Source: Phycisphaeraceae bacterium (GTDB lineage Bacteria; Planctomycetota; Phycisphaerae; Phycisphaerales; Phycisphaeraceae). Taken from it: a stretch of DNA of 64,000 bases. Of this stretch, positions 53,138 to 62,949 are shown piece by piece. Made by a program: the position numbers and the translations under genes. How positions within the stretch are numbered: the stretch's first letter is position 1; each line of letters opens with the position of its first letter. A model generated the notes under the pieces. It saw nothing but the letters and a program-made list of their open reading frames with translations, was not told the origin of the DNA and did no database searches. The stretch is taken from the NCBI GenBank assembly GCA_029260715.1, contig JAJDCS010000008.1, positions 59,983-123,982 on the forward strand, read 5' to 3'.

Positions 53138-54021
53138 GGGCACCTCAGCAGCGACAGCACGCGCAATGCAACGGTCTTGAGGCGGCGGTGGCTGTCGCGC
53201 GCGATTGACGGGTCGCTCTCCAATACACCCGCTAAACACGCCATCGCCTCGCGCCGCGTCACGGGGCCGGGCTCTTGCGTGGCTTGCAGGAACGCGGCGA
53301 GCATCTGGCACACCTGCTTGTCGCTGCGTCGGCGGCGCAGGCCTGCCGGGTCGATGATGACCGGCGGGCGGGCGTCCCGCTCACACGCGGCGTCCACGAT
53401 CAGGTTGCTTGGCTTGAGGTCGCGGTTGATGATCCCCGCTGCGGTGATGTGACCGATTTGCCTGCCGATGGCGCGTGCCAAGCGGCGGTGTTGCACCGGG
53501 GTGTTATTCGTTTGCTCGTCGGGCTGCCGCGACCGGGCGAGCCAGTGGTAAAGCGACAGCCCCTCAACACAAGGCAGCACCAGCCACTGCGTTCCATGGC
53601 CGGATCGGGTTTCATACACCAAAGCCGCCGGCCTACTCACCCGGCACCCCGCTGCGGCGAGGCGCCAAGCCCCCCACCACTCCCGCCAAGCCGGGGTCGA
53701 CCGGAGCCGGTGGTACAGCCAAGCCTTCCACGGCCACATGCGGTATTGCTTGACGATCCAGGGCTGGCCATCGAGTTGGACCGTCGCAACACGGGAGCGA
53801 TCGTCGTCTTTCCAAACACGCTGGGGCTGCACACCACCACCCGTCAATGCCTCGACCCACGCCAGCAGCGACGCCTTGTCCACAGCCAGCCCCCCCTCAC
53901 CGGCCACCGCGCGGCTCACCCAGCCACACAGCCCATTGGCGTGAAACTCGATGGTATCCGTCTGATTGATTAAGCGGTCCACGGTCGGCACGGCTTCAAG
54001 TTTACACGGCTGGGTTTGCAT
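53119..54021 (-). CDS. Lipopolysaccharide kinase (Kdo/WaaP/InaA) family protein
   Basis: Kinase catalytic loop IINRDLKPSNLIV, IIDPAG, and the WIVKQY Lys context. Start set at MQTQPCK. The 449-aa ORF-track version overlaps the divergent methyltransferase gene and is rejected. Confidence 0.7.
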   Translation of the reverse strand: MQTQPCKLEAVPTVDRLINQTDTIEFHANGLCGWVSRAVAGEGGLAVDKASLLAWVEALTGGGVQPQRVWKDDDRSRVATVQLDGQPWIVKQYRMWPWKAWLYHRLRSTPAWREWWGAWRLAAAGCRVSRPAALVYETRSGHGTQWLVLPCVEGLSLYHWLARSRQPDEQTNNTPVQHRRLARAIGRQIGHITAAGIINRDLKPSNLIVDAACERDARPPVIIDPAGLRRRRSDKQVCQMLAAFLQATQEPGPVTRREAMACLAGVLESDPSIARDSHRRLKTVALRVLSLLRCPYPWKP

Positions 54022-54096
54022 TGGCCCGTGCGCGGCGTGGGGCGTATGCAGATCTGTGTTGATCCCGGGGGGTTTACACGGATAATCTCTTAACCG

Positions 54097-54942
54097 ATGC
54101 CGATCGCCGCCCAAAAACTCTTTATGCCGCTGTACCGGGCGTCGCACTGGCCCGATGGGTCGGCTTACCAACACGGCCAACGGCGGTGGATGCTCCAGCG
54201 TGTGCTTGGCTGCGTGCCTGTCCAGGGCGTGCGCACGGTGCTGGAGGTGGGCTGCGGCGACGGGTGGGTGTGCAACGAGATGGGCAAGCGGTTCGGCCAA
54301 GTGGTCGGGTTTGACATCAACCCCCACCGCATCGGCAAGGCTGCGTTGCCCAACGTTCATCTCGTGGCGGGTAGCGCAGACCACCCCCCCATCGCCGACG
54401 GGAGCGTCGACCTGATCCTGTCGCTTGCGGTGCTCGAGCACCTGCCCGACCGCGTGGGCACGCTGCAACAGCTAACCAAGCTGCTTAGCCCCGAGGGCGT
54501 GATGGTCCACATCGTGCCGATGTCGATGATGAAGATTCTCCAGTGGGTCGGCCACGGGCCCGACCTGCTGCGCAAGCAGGTGCGCGGGGCGACGCGTTTC
54601 CTGGCTGGACAACGCAAGGGGCACAAAGGCAAATACTACGGCGGCATGGAAACCAACAACCCCCAACGCAAGTCGCGCCGCCGCTGGCACCAAAAAGTCT
54701 TGCCCCGCGTGCACGGGGAGTACGACAGCAACCTTCAAGAGATCATCGAGAATTCAGACGGCAAGTGGCGAAGCCTGTTCGGCCAAGCCGGGCTGGGCGT
54801 GACACGGGTGGTCCCGCTGGGCGTGTTTTCGCCCTATTTTTTCGGGTTGTCGGCGTCGCTCAAGCGGCTGCCCACCCCCGCCTGTGTCGCCACGGTCAAC
54901 GGCTATATCATGCACAAGCTGGATAAGGGCACCACAAGCTAG
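54097..54942 (+). CDS. Class I SAM-dependent methyltransferase
   Basis: Motif I VLEVGCGDGWV and DLILSLAVLEHLPD. Confidence 0.75.
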   Translation: MPIAAQKLFMPLYRASHWPDGSAYQHGQRRWMLQRVLGCVPVQGVRTVLEVGCGDGWVCNEMGKRFGQVVGFDINPHRIGKAALPNVHLVAGSADHPPIADGSVDLILSLAVLEHLPDRVGTLQQLTKLLSPEGVMVHIVPMSMMKILQWVGHGPDLLRKQVRGATRFLAGQRKGHKGKYYGGMETNNPQRKSRRRWHQKVLPRVHGEYDSNLQEIIENSDGKWRSLFGQAGLGVTRVVPLGVFSPYFFGLSASLKRLPTPACVATVNGYIMHKLDKGTTS

Positions 54943-54961
54943 AACGCCGGACGCAACGCAC

Positions 54962-55672
54962 ATGGGTGACTACTGCATCAAAGACGGCTACGAACACCGC
55001 ACGGCCAACGCGACCCTGGAGCACGAGGCGGGCGACTACTGGCACTCGCAGCGGCTGCTGCTGAGCCATCACGCCCAGTACGCGGTTTACCTAGAGGCCG
55101 CCAAGCTGATCAAGCAGCACGGGCTGAAGACCGTCGTGGACGTCGGGTGCGGCTTGGCGCACAAGCTCATGGAGGTCATCTCGCCGATCGCCCAGACGAC
55201 AGGCATCGACCAGCCGACCACCGTCGAAACCGCCAAACGCATGCACCCGCGCGGGCGGTTCGTCGCCGATGATTTCGAGCGGCCCTCGCAGTCGCTGGGG
55301 GCGTTCGACCTGGTCTTGTGCGTGGACGTTATCGAGCACATGCTCAACCCGGACCTGCTCTTGAATTACATCAAGCAGCGGTGCCACGAAAAGTCTTACG
55401 TGGTCATCTCCACGCCCGAGCGTGACATCCGCCGCGGCCCCGACAACATGAAATCGAATAAGCCCGAACACGTGCGCGAGTGGAACCGCCAGGAACTCGG
55501 CCGATACCTTGTCGCTCAAGGGTTCGAGGTGATCCGCCACGACGTGGTCCCGGCGTTCCGCGTGGGCAAGTCGCTGTACATGCTCAAAGAGCGGTGGCGG
55601 CTGCTACGCAAGGGGATCGCCATCCGGTACTGCCAGGCGGCGGTGTGCTGCGTCGCTGAACACGGTCTCTGA
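54962..55672 (+). CDS. Class I SAM-dependent methyltransferase
   Basis: Motif I VVDVGCGLAHKL and FDLVLCVDVIEHM. Start at MGDYCIK; the ORF track begins at 54884. Confidence 0.75.
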   Translation: MGDYCIKDGYEHRTANATLEHEAGDYWHSQRLLLSHHAQYAVYLEAAKLIKQHGLKTVVDVGCGLAHKLMEVISPIAQTTGIDQPTTVETAKRMHPRGRFVADDFERPSQSLGAFDLVLCVDVIEHMLNPDLLLNYIKQRCHEKSYVVISTPERDIRRGPDNMKSNKPEHVREWNRQELGRYLVAQGFEVIRHDVVPAFRVGKSLYMLKERWRLLRKGIAIRYCQAAVCCVAEHGL

Positions 55673-55705
55673 CCATTCACCCTTAAGCAAACACCCGGTG
55701 ACGCA

Positions 55706-56863
55706 TTGCGCATCTGCCTGTTCACCCCCAATTTTCTACCCGCGATCGGCGGGGCCGAGCGTGCGGCGGATACCATCGCGCGCGGGCTGATCGGGCGAGG
55801 GCATGAGGTCATGGTGTTGTGCCAGCGATCGGGTGGCGCGCCGGACGTGCCGTACCCCGTGCGGCGGTACCGTCGTCCGCCCTTGCAACATTTGTGGCCG
55901 GAACTGCTGGCCTGGCCGCTGCGGCGGGCGCACCGGGCGTGGCGGTTCGACGTGGTGCTGGCGTTTTATGGGTATCCCACGGGCTACGCAGCCACGCGCG
56001 CGGCGGGCCGTCTGGGCGTCAAGGTCGTCATCAGCTCGCGTGGCGGTGACATGTACCGCACGTTCCACGGCCTAAAAAAGCCGCGCGTGCTAAGCACGAT
56101 CCGCACCGCTTACCAGCGGGCCGACCGGATTATCGCGGTCAGTCAGTGGATCGCCTCACGGATTCAAGAGGTTTGTGCTAACGGCGGCGCGCCGCTGCCG
56201 CCGATCGACACGGTGCCCAACGGGATCGACCTTCAGGCGCACGACCGCCTGCGGGACCAAGCCCGGGCGACACCGCCCGGCGCATTGACGTCGCGGCTGG
56301 GGGGGTGTCGGTTCGCGCTGCACCTGGCTACCCTAAACCCGGTCAAGGGTCACGAAATCGCCTTGCAAGCCCTGCACCGCCTGCGCGAACGCTTTACGCA
56401 GCAGCGCCTCAAGTACGCCATCGTGGGCGACGGGCAATCGCGCCAGACGATCGAGCGTCGGATTAACGAGTTGCAATTGGCTGACGTCGTGCTGCTGCTG
56501 GGCAGCCGCACGGGCGTTGATAAAGCCTGGCTGCTGGACCACGCCGATTTCATGGTCACGACCAGCCGTGAGGAGGGCATGCCCAACGTGGTGATCGAGT
56601 CCATGGCAAGCGGGCTACCGATTCTTGCAAGCGACATCGGCCCACACCGCGAGCTGATCGAGGGGCGAGGCTGGGGCTTGCTGTTCCGAGACGGCGATGG
56701 CGACGACCTGGCAGCCAAAATGGATAAGATGCTGAACATGGATACCAACGCGATGCGCCAAAGCGCCGCGACGCTCCGCGACAGCTATGGAATAGAAAGG
56801 ATGATTAACGGGTTCGAGCAGGCGTGTCTGAATACCTTCTCCAGCCACACCGAGCTGCCCTAG
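55706..56863 (+). CDS. Glycosyltransferase family 4 (GT-B, group 1)
   Basis: TTG start. MRICLFTPNFLPAIGGAERAA, and the E-x7-E region SREEGMPNVVIESMASGLPILASD. Confidence 0.85.
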   Translation: MRICLFTPNFLPAIGGAERAADTIARGLIGRGHEVMVLCQRSGGAPDVPYPVRRYRRPPLQHLWPELLAWPLRRAHRAWRFDVVLAFYGYPTGYAATRAAGRLGVKVVISSRGGDMYRTFHGLKKPRVLSTIRTAYQRADRIIAVSQWIASRIQEVCANGGAPLPPIDTVPNGIDLQAHDRLRDQARATPPGALTSRLGGCRFALHLATLNPVKGHEIALQALHRLRERFTQQRLKYAIVGDGQSRQTIERRINELQLADVVLLLGSRTGVDKAWLLDHADFMVTTSREEGMPNVVIESMASGLPILASDIGPHRELIEGRGWGLLFRDGDGDDLAAKMDKMLNMDTNAMRQSAATLRDSYGIERMINGFEQACLNTFSSHTELP

Positions 56864-56874
56864 AATTAAACCGC

Positions 56875-57786
56875 ATGAACCCAACAAGCCCTAAAAACAC
56901 GGACACGTTTGAATTCGGCAAAAACTGGCAAAGGTTCTTAAGCTGTGTCAACGAGGACCGCGTACGGATCGCCACGCAGTCGATCCGAGACTTCTTGGAT
57001 ATCGACGACCTAGCCGGCAAGAGCTTTCTGGACATCGGCTGCGGCAGCGGGCTGTTCTCGTACGCGGCGCACATGCTCGGCGCGGGCCCGATCGTGAGTT
57101 TCGACATTGACCCGTTCTCGGCGCGGTGCTGTAAACACTGGCACCAGAAAGCCGGGTGCCCCAGCGACTGGCAGGTGTTGGAGGGGTCTGTCTTGGACGG
57201 GTCGTTTCTGCGGTCGATCAAGCCAAAGACGTTTGACGTGGTCTACGCTTGGGGCAGCCTCCACCACACGGGCCGGATGTGGGACGCCATCGAAAACGCC
57301 TCGAAGTTCGTCGCCGACAACGGGCACTTCTACCTTTCAATCTACAACAAAAAACGCGGCGCGCGCGGGTCAAATTACTGGCTAAAAATCAAGAGATTTT
57401 ACAATCGACGCTCGGCGCTGGGTAAAAAGACCATGGAGCGCCTCAACATGCTCTACTATTACCAATCGAAGCTGGTGCGGCTCAAGAACCCGTGGCGGAA
57501 GATCCGGGAGTACCAGTCCAAGCGGGGCATGGACTGGCGCACGGACCTGGTCGATTGGCTGGGCGGGTACCCCTACGAATTCGCCACTGTCGAGGAGATT
57601 TTCAATTTCCTGCGACGGCTGGACCCGTCGTTCCAATTGGCGAATCTCAAAGCCACGGACGACCTGGGCACCAGCTCTTTCCTTTTCCAGAAAATCGCGA
57701 CGCGGGCTGCGGCCGCACCAGACGCGCCTGACATTGTGATTAAGAGTCAATCGGGTGCGAGTCAAGCCAACCTAGCAAGACAATAA
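56875..57786 (+). CDS. Class I SAM-dependent methyltransferase
   Basis: Motif I FLDIGCGSGLFS and FDVVYAWGSLHH. Start at MNPTSPK; the ORF track begins at 56824. Confidence 0.7.
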   Translation: MNPTSPKNTDTFEFGKNWQRFLSCVNEDRVRIATQSIRDFLDIDDLAGKSFLDIGCGSGLFSYAAHMLGAGPIVSFDIDPFSARCCKHWHQKAGCPSDWQVLEGSVLDGSFLRSIKPKTFDVVYAWGSLHHTGRMWDAIENASKFVADNGHFYLSIYNKKRGARGSNYWLKIKRFYNRRSALGKKTMERLNMLYYYQSKLVRLKNPWRKIREYQSKRGMDWRTDLVDWLGGYPYEFATVEEIFNFLRRLDPSFQLANLKATDDLGTSSFLFQKIATRAAAAPDAPDIVIKSQSGASQANLARQ

Positions 57787-59581
57787 GCGTGTACATCACG
57801 CGGTGGTCGCCGCCATGGCCCAGGACGCGCTGCCACCGCCGCCGCACGGCGTTGGGCTGTAAGAACGGCGCCAAGTCGGGCGCGCGCTCCACCCATTGCT
57901 CACAAACCCCACGCCAAGGCCCACGGAAATAATCACGCAGCGGCACGGAGAACCCGTGCTTGGGCCGGTCCCACACCTCGCGCGGCAAGTGGCGCTGGGC
58001 CAGCGCGTTTAGCACGGCTTTGGGCCCACCGGCGGTCTTCACGCTAGCCGGTTGTGGCAGCACCAAATCCACCACGGGGTTGCCCAGCATGGGCACACGC
58101 ACCTCCAGGCTGTGCTGCATGGACGCGCGGTCCGTCTTCACCAGACAGTTATCGCTTAGGTACGTCCACAGGTCGCCTCGCATGAGGCTATCGGTGTCCA
58201 TCGCCCCGCCCCACCGCAGCACCTGCTGCTTCCAGCGGCCCAGTGTCGCTTCGGGGTTGGCGGCCGCCAGTGCTTGAGGCGTTAACACACCCCGCAGGCT
58301 CTTGCGCCCCGCCGGGTAAGGCCCAAGCCGGACGCGGTCCCACAACACGCGGTCCTGCCCGCAAAGCGATTTGCCCAGCAGCGAGCCGGGCAGCAGCCCA
58401 CGCTGGGTAAGCCACCGCAATGCTTTGTGGCTGTTGCCGCAAGGGTATCCCGCCTGGCCCTGAAAAAAGCGCCCGTACCCGCCGAATAGCTCATCGCCCC
58501 CGTCGCCGGAGATCGCGACGGTCACGCCCTGACGCGTGCGTTGGGACAACCCCAGCGTGGGCAAGTACGCGGGGTCGGCCATGGGTTGGTCGAGGCCTTG
58601 TACAGCGCCCAGTAAGGCGTCGGCGTCGATTTGCTGGGCGTCGATCTCGTGGTGGTCGCAACCGAACCGCTGGGCCACCGCTTTGGCGTATCCGCTTTCG
58701 TCGTAGCCCCCGCCGGTGGGGAACCGGACACTAAAAGTGCGCACCGGCTGAGAGCTTGCTTGGGCCATGTAGTGGACCATCAGCGAGCTGTCCACACCGC
58801 CGCTGAGAAACGCGCCCAGAGGCACGTCGGCGACCATCTGCCGACGCACGCTGTGTTGCAAGGCCGCGTCGGTGGCGTCGATCAATTCAGCCGGTTCCAT
58901 CGCCTTTGAGGTCGGTGCGGGGATGTCCCAGTAGCGGCTGGTCTTCAGCGATTGGTTGTGGCTATCCCATTGCAGCCAACACCCCGGCTCCAGCGCCGCC
59001 ACGTCGCACAGGATCGACATGGGGGCGAAGACCGATTGGCTGGCCAGGTAGTCGCGTAGCGCCTCGTAGTTGAGCCGGCGGGGGAACCCTTGGAGACGCC
59101 AGAACGGTTCGAGCGTGGAGGCGAACACGAACCCCTCAGCCTGTGAGTAAAACAGCGGCTTAACACCGAACCGGTCGCGCGCGGCGAAGAGCTTACGGTC
59201 TTGGTTGTCCCACACCGCGAAAGCGAACATGCCGTCGAGCCGTGTTAATAAAGCCTGCCCGCCCCACGCGACAAAGCCCTTGAGCAATACCTCGGTGTCG
59301 CTGCGTGTGTTGAGGCGCACACCCTCTTGCTGGAGCCGCTTGCCCAGGTCATCAAAATTGTAGATTTCGCCGTTGAAGACGATCTGGAACCGGCCGTCGT
59401 CCGTGGGCATGGGCTGGTGGCCGCCCTCGATATCGATCACGGAGAGCCTGCGGTGGCCCAGGCGCGCGTCTTTGTCCTGCCAGATGCCTTGGTCGTCGGG
59501 CCCACGGTGCGCTAGCGAAGCGACAGCCTCGGGAAACCCCGCCGCCCAGCGATCGCCGATCGTACCGACAAAGCCACACAT
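57740..59581 (-). CDS. asnB: Asparagine synthase (glutamine-hydrolysing)
   Basis: N-terminal nucleophile MCGF, NGEIYN and PP-loop FLSGGVDSS. Confidence 0.9.
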   Translation of the reverse strand: MCGFVGTIGDRWAAGFPEAVASLAHRGPDDQGIWQDKDARLGHRRLSVIDIEGGHQPMPTDDGRFQIVFNGEIYNFDDLGKRLQQEGVRLNTRSDTEVLLKGFVAWGGQALLTRLDGMFAFAVWDNQDRKLFAARDRFGVKPLFYSQAEGFVFASTLEPFWRLQGFPRRLNYEALRDYLASQSVFAPMSILCDVAALEPGCWLQWDSHNQSLKTSRYWDIPAPTSKAMEPAELIDATDAALQHSVRRQMVADVPLGAFLSGGVDSSLMVHYMAQASSQPVRTFSVRFPTGGGYDESGYAKAVAQRFGCDHHEIDAQQIDADALLGAVQGLDQPMADPAYLPTLGLSQRTRQGVTVAISGDGGDELFGGYGRFFQGQAGYPCGNSHKALRWLTQRGLLPGSLLGKSLCGQDRVLWDRVRLGPYPAGRKSLRGVLTPQALAAANPEATLGRWKQQVLRWGGAMDTDSLMRGDLWTYLSDNCLVKTDRASMQHSLEVRVPMLGNPVVDLVLPQPASVKTAGGPKAVLNALAQRHLPREVWDRPKHGFSVPLRDYFRGPWRGVCEQWVERAPDLAPFLQPNAVRRRWQRVLGHGGDHRVMYTLIVLLGWLDSHPIDS

Positions 59582-59647
59582 CAGCTTGGCAGGTTAGAGC
59601 CGGTGGGCGCTGTGTGCAATATTCCGCAAGGCAGTCAGTGCCGGCGT

Positions 59648-61369
59648 CTAGCGAGCGGCTTCTTGGTTCCGGTTTTTTGTCAACGGCACAGCGGCTTTGG
59701 TGTTCGCCTGTGTGCCAAGAGGCGCGTGCGTGTCGTCAGAGGCGGGCAATCCGTCCTGCGAAGCGGGCAGGATCAGCGTAAACGACGTGCCCCTGTCTGA
59801 AGAGCCGTCGACGTCGATTTGCCCGCCGTGTTCCTCGACCACTTTTTTCGATACCGCCAGCCCCAGGCCGGTCCCCCGCAGCCCCTTGGTGGAGTAAAAA
59901 GGCTCGAACAGGTGCTTGCTGGTTTCGGGGGCGATGCCCTTGCCGTTGTCGCTGACGGTGATCTTCGCGCAGAGGGCCTTCGGGTCGTAGCCGCACCTGA
60001 CGCTGACCACGCCCACGCCGGGCTCGACCGCGTCCAGTGCGTTGTTGAGCAGGTTCAGCACGGCTTGGTGCAGGCCCGCGGGGTCGACGGGCACGGGGGG
60101 CATGTCCTTCTCCCAATCCGTGAGCAGGGCCACGTTTTTGTTGTCGAACTGGCCCTGCACCAGCATCACAATCTCATCGAGCAATGCCGGGAACTGTGTC
60201 AACTCCACCTCCGGCTTACGCTGCTTGGAGAAGGTGAGCATGTTCATCGCTAAGCCGTAGATCCGGTCGAGGTTGCGCGCGACGATGTCCCACCCGCCGT
60301 GCACTACCTTCATGTTGTCTTTGCGTAGCCCCAGTTCGACCACGTCCGCCCCGCCGCGCAGCCCCTGGAGGATGTTCTTGATCGAGTGCGAAACCGAGGC
60401 GACGGTCTGCCCCACCGCGGCGAGGCGCTCGCGTTGGATCTGCTTGGCGTAGTTCTGGGCGTTAGCCAGCGCCAGGCCGGTCTGCACACCGATCGCGGTT
60501 AGCAGACGAAGCTGATCCTCGGTGTAGGTGTAGTTCACGATTTGGCTGTCGATGTGGATCACGCCAAACAAGCGGTCCTTGAACTTGATCGGCACGCACA
60601 TCGCCGAGCGGATCCCGTAGTTCTGCACGCTCTCGCCACTGGCGAACCGCTTGTCCGTCATCGCATTGTTTGAAAGCAACCCCTCGCCCTTGCGGATGAC
60701 GTGTTGCACAATGGTTTGGCTGACGGTGATCGGCGGTGATTTCGCGTCTTTGTTGACCAGCCTGTGGCGGACCACAATCGGGTCGAGCCGGTTACGCCTT
60801 ACGTCGTGGTACAGGATAAAACCGCGGTCCACTTGGAAATGCGCAAAAATCAGAGCCATCACGTGTTCGAGCAGTTGCTGCTGATCGACGATCGACCCGA
60901 TCAGTTGCGTGAGTTCGTAGATCACCTTGAGTTGCAATACCGCGGCCTTGTTGGGCTCGGGCACCGCCATGACCATGGAGTCTTCGCTGCTGGCCACCGC
61001 CGCGCTGACGTGCGCGTCGATCTCGCCGCTTTTGACCATGCGCACCCGCTGGGGCAGCACAGCCATCTCTTGGCTAAACAGGAACAGCGACGACCCCGTG
61101 CGGATCTGATCGCCGACCATGAGCAGCCGCCTGCGCTGGACCGGCTCGCCGTTCACGTATGTACCATTGGCGCTGTTGAGGTCTTGGAGGTACCACTGGC
61201 CGTCGTCTGGGGTGAGCTCGGCGTGGCGGCGGGATATGGTCGGGTCGGTCAGCGGCAAAGACTCCCCGGACCGACCGATCAACTGAGGCTCGTCGTCGGG
61301 CAGTTGAAAACAACGCCCCTTGTCCGGGCCCTTCAATACCTTTATCACCAGCACAACCATTCTCCTCAT
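59648..61369 (-). CDS. Cytoplasmic FHA-GAF sensor histidine kinase
   Basis: FHA (IGRSGESLPLTDPTISRRHAEL...LQDLNSANGTYVNG) and a GAF-like middle region. H-box VASVSHSIKNILQGL and HATPase motifs (LLNNALDAV, DNGKGI, GTGLGLAVSKKVVEEHGG). No TM segment seen. Confidence 0.85.
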   Translation of the reverse strand: MRRMVVLVIKVLKGPDKGRCFQLPDDEPQLIGRSGESLPLTDPTISRRHAELTPDDGQWYLQDLNSANGTYVNGEPVQRRRLLMVGDQIRTGSSLFLFSQEMAVLPQRVRMVKSGEIDAHVSAAVASSEDSMVMAVPEPNKAAVLQLKVIYELTQLIGSIVDQQQLLEHVMALIFAHFQVDRGFILYHDVRRNRLDPIVVRHRLVNKDAKSPPITVSQTIVQHVIRKGEGLLSNNAMTDKRFASGESVQNYGIRSAMCVPIKFKDRLFGVIHIDSQIVNYTYTEDQLRLLTAIGVQTGLALANAQNYAKQIQRERLAAVGQTVASVSHSIKNILQGLRGGADVVELGLRKDNMKVVHGGWDIVARNLDRIYGLAMNMLTFSKQRKPEVELTQFPALLDEIVMLVQGQFDNKNVALLTDWEKDMPPVPVDPAGLHQAVLNLLNNALDAVEPGVGVVSVRCGYDPKALCAKITVSDNGKGIAPETSKHLFEPFYSTKGLRGTGLGLAVSKKVVEEHGGQIDVDGSSDRGTSFTLILPASQDGLPASDDTHAPLGTQANTKAAVPLTKNRNQEAAR

Positions 61370-61381
61370 TAACAGCGTCGG

Positions 61382-62848
61382 CTAGTGCGCCAAGCGGCTC
61401 TGCCACGCCGACAACTGCTGCTCAAAACCAGTCACGCCCGCGTTTCCGTGGCTGCGGTAGCGTTGCACCACCTGCTCGGCTCCCAGCCACTGGTAAACGT
61501 CAGGCCCGCAGGTCTCTAATCTCCCCCTCGTATCAGCGCACGCCTGGTTGAAATCGTCCAGCGTCATTAACGACAACTTGGACAACCCCTTCTCCTGGCA
61601 TCTGCCGACCAATCTACCTACGATCTGATGTGCGGTGCGAAAAGGCACTCCCCGTGTCACCAAGTATTCAGCCAGGCCGGTCGCGTCGAGGAACCCGCGA
61701 TCCAACCCTTCATTAATCTTACCCTCAATAAAGCGTGTTGTCGCTACAACTTTTGTAGTAATTTCTAAACAGCTTGCAACGGTGTCAAAAGCGTTAAACA
61801 CATGCCGTTTATCCTCTTGTAGGTCTCTGTAGTACCCTAAGCCGATCCCCTTGCAGATGGTCAGCAGTGCCATCAGGTCACCGTATACCCCCCCGCAGCG
61901 GCCTCGGACCAGTTCCAGCATATCGGGGTTGACCTTCTGGGGCATCATCGAAGAGCCGGTGGTGTACCGTCCGTCTAGCTCGATAAACCCAAACTCGGTG
62001 GAGACGTAAGAAATCCACTGAGCCGCCCAACGCGACAGCGTCATGCTGGTCATCGCCAGCGCGTAGACAAAATCAATCGCCGCGTCGCGGGAGCTGGTGG
62101 CGTCGATGCTGCTGGGCGTCGGGGCGCCAATCCCCAACGCCTCGGCGGTGTGCGCGCTGTCCACTGGCAAGCCCGTGCCCGCGATCGCGCCTGAGCCCAG
62201 CGGGCAGCCTTCGTTCACTTTTTGAAGCGCCTCAAAACGCACCCAACACCGGTCAAACGCTGTCAGCCACGCGATCAGTTCACCACCCACCAAAATCGGC
62301 TGGGCACGCTGCATGTGCGTGTATGAAGGCATGACGATGCGCCCGTCTCGCTGAGCCAATCCGACAAACGCCCGGGACAAGCCGTCGAAACGGCTCTGTA
62401 GCGAACCGCAGGCCTCTTTGAGCCACAGCTTCAGGTCCGTGGCGACCTGATCGTTGCGGCTGCGTCCTGTGTGCAGCTTGCGCCCGGGGTCGCCTGTCTT
62501 TTCGATCAGCGCCGCCTCGATGCACATGTGCACGTCTTCCAATTCCGTTTTCCACCCCGGCCAGCTTTCGCCTTGCGCGTCTATTTCAGCTTCGATCTCA
62601 CCGAGTCCTTGCTCAATCGTTTGTAACTCGGCTTGGGTGATCAAGCCGACAGCCGACAGCATGCGCGCGTGGGCGGTCGACCCGGCGATATCGTGCTTGT
62701 ACAGCCGCTTGTCGTAGCTAAGCGATTCAACGAAACGCACCGCCAGCGGGTCCGAGCCCGAGCCCTGGCCGGACTTGGCGTGTTCCCAAGGCTTGGGCGT
62801 GCCGGCGGAACTTCCGCCGCTCGGCATTGAGCTATTAGTGCTATCCAT
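61382..62848 (-). CDS. argH: Argininosuccinate lyase
   Basis: Fumarate-lyase signature [32 protein letters not shown] and TGRSRNDQV. Confidence 0.95.
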   Translation of the reverse strand: MDSTNSSMPSGGSSAGTPKPWEHAKSGQGSGSDPLAVRFVESLSYDKRLYKHDIAGSTAHARMLSAVGLITQAELQTIEQGLGEIEAEIDAQGESWPGWKTELEDVHMCIEAALIEKTGDPGRKLHTGRSRNDQVATDLKLWLKEACGSLQSRFDGLSRAFVGLAQRDGRIVMPSYTHMQRAQPILVGGELIAWLTAFDRCWVRFEALQKVNEGCPLGSGAIAGTGLPVDSAHTAEALGIGAPTPSSIDATSSRDAAIDFVYALAMTSMTLSRWAAQWISYVSTEFGFIELDGRYTTGSSMMPQKVNPDMLELVRGRCGGVYGDLMALLTICKGIGLGYYRDLQEDKRHVFNAFDTVASCLEITTKVVATTRFIEGKINEGLDRGFLDATGLAEYLVTRGVPFRTAHQIVGRLVGRCQEKGLSKLSLMTLDDFNQACADTRGRLETCGPDVYQWLGAEQVVQRYRSHGNAGVTGFEQQLSAWQSRLAH

Positions 62849-62949
62849 GGCAACAGTTTACAGGGTCTACGGGCTCAAAGCGCCTAGACCGTTATGAATA
62901 ATACGCGTGATAATGGGGAGGGTTGATCGTCCCGGATGGGCTTCGGGTA

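Noticed and set aside
54022-54468. 5' extensions of several ORF-track entries. Examples: 53119..54468, 36625..37872, 30733..31416, 50350..52221, 48502.., 22692.., 12338.., 9773.. and 26754...
   Set aside because: The extensions overlap neighbouring genes or intergenic repeats and have non-protein-like composition. Conserved N-termini and/or SD sequences support the internal starts used in the feature list.
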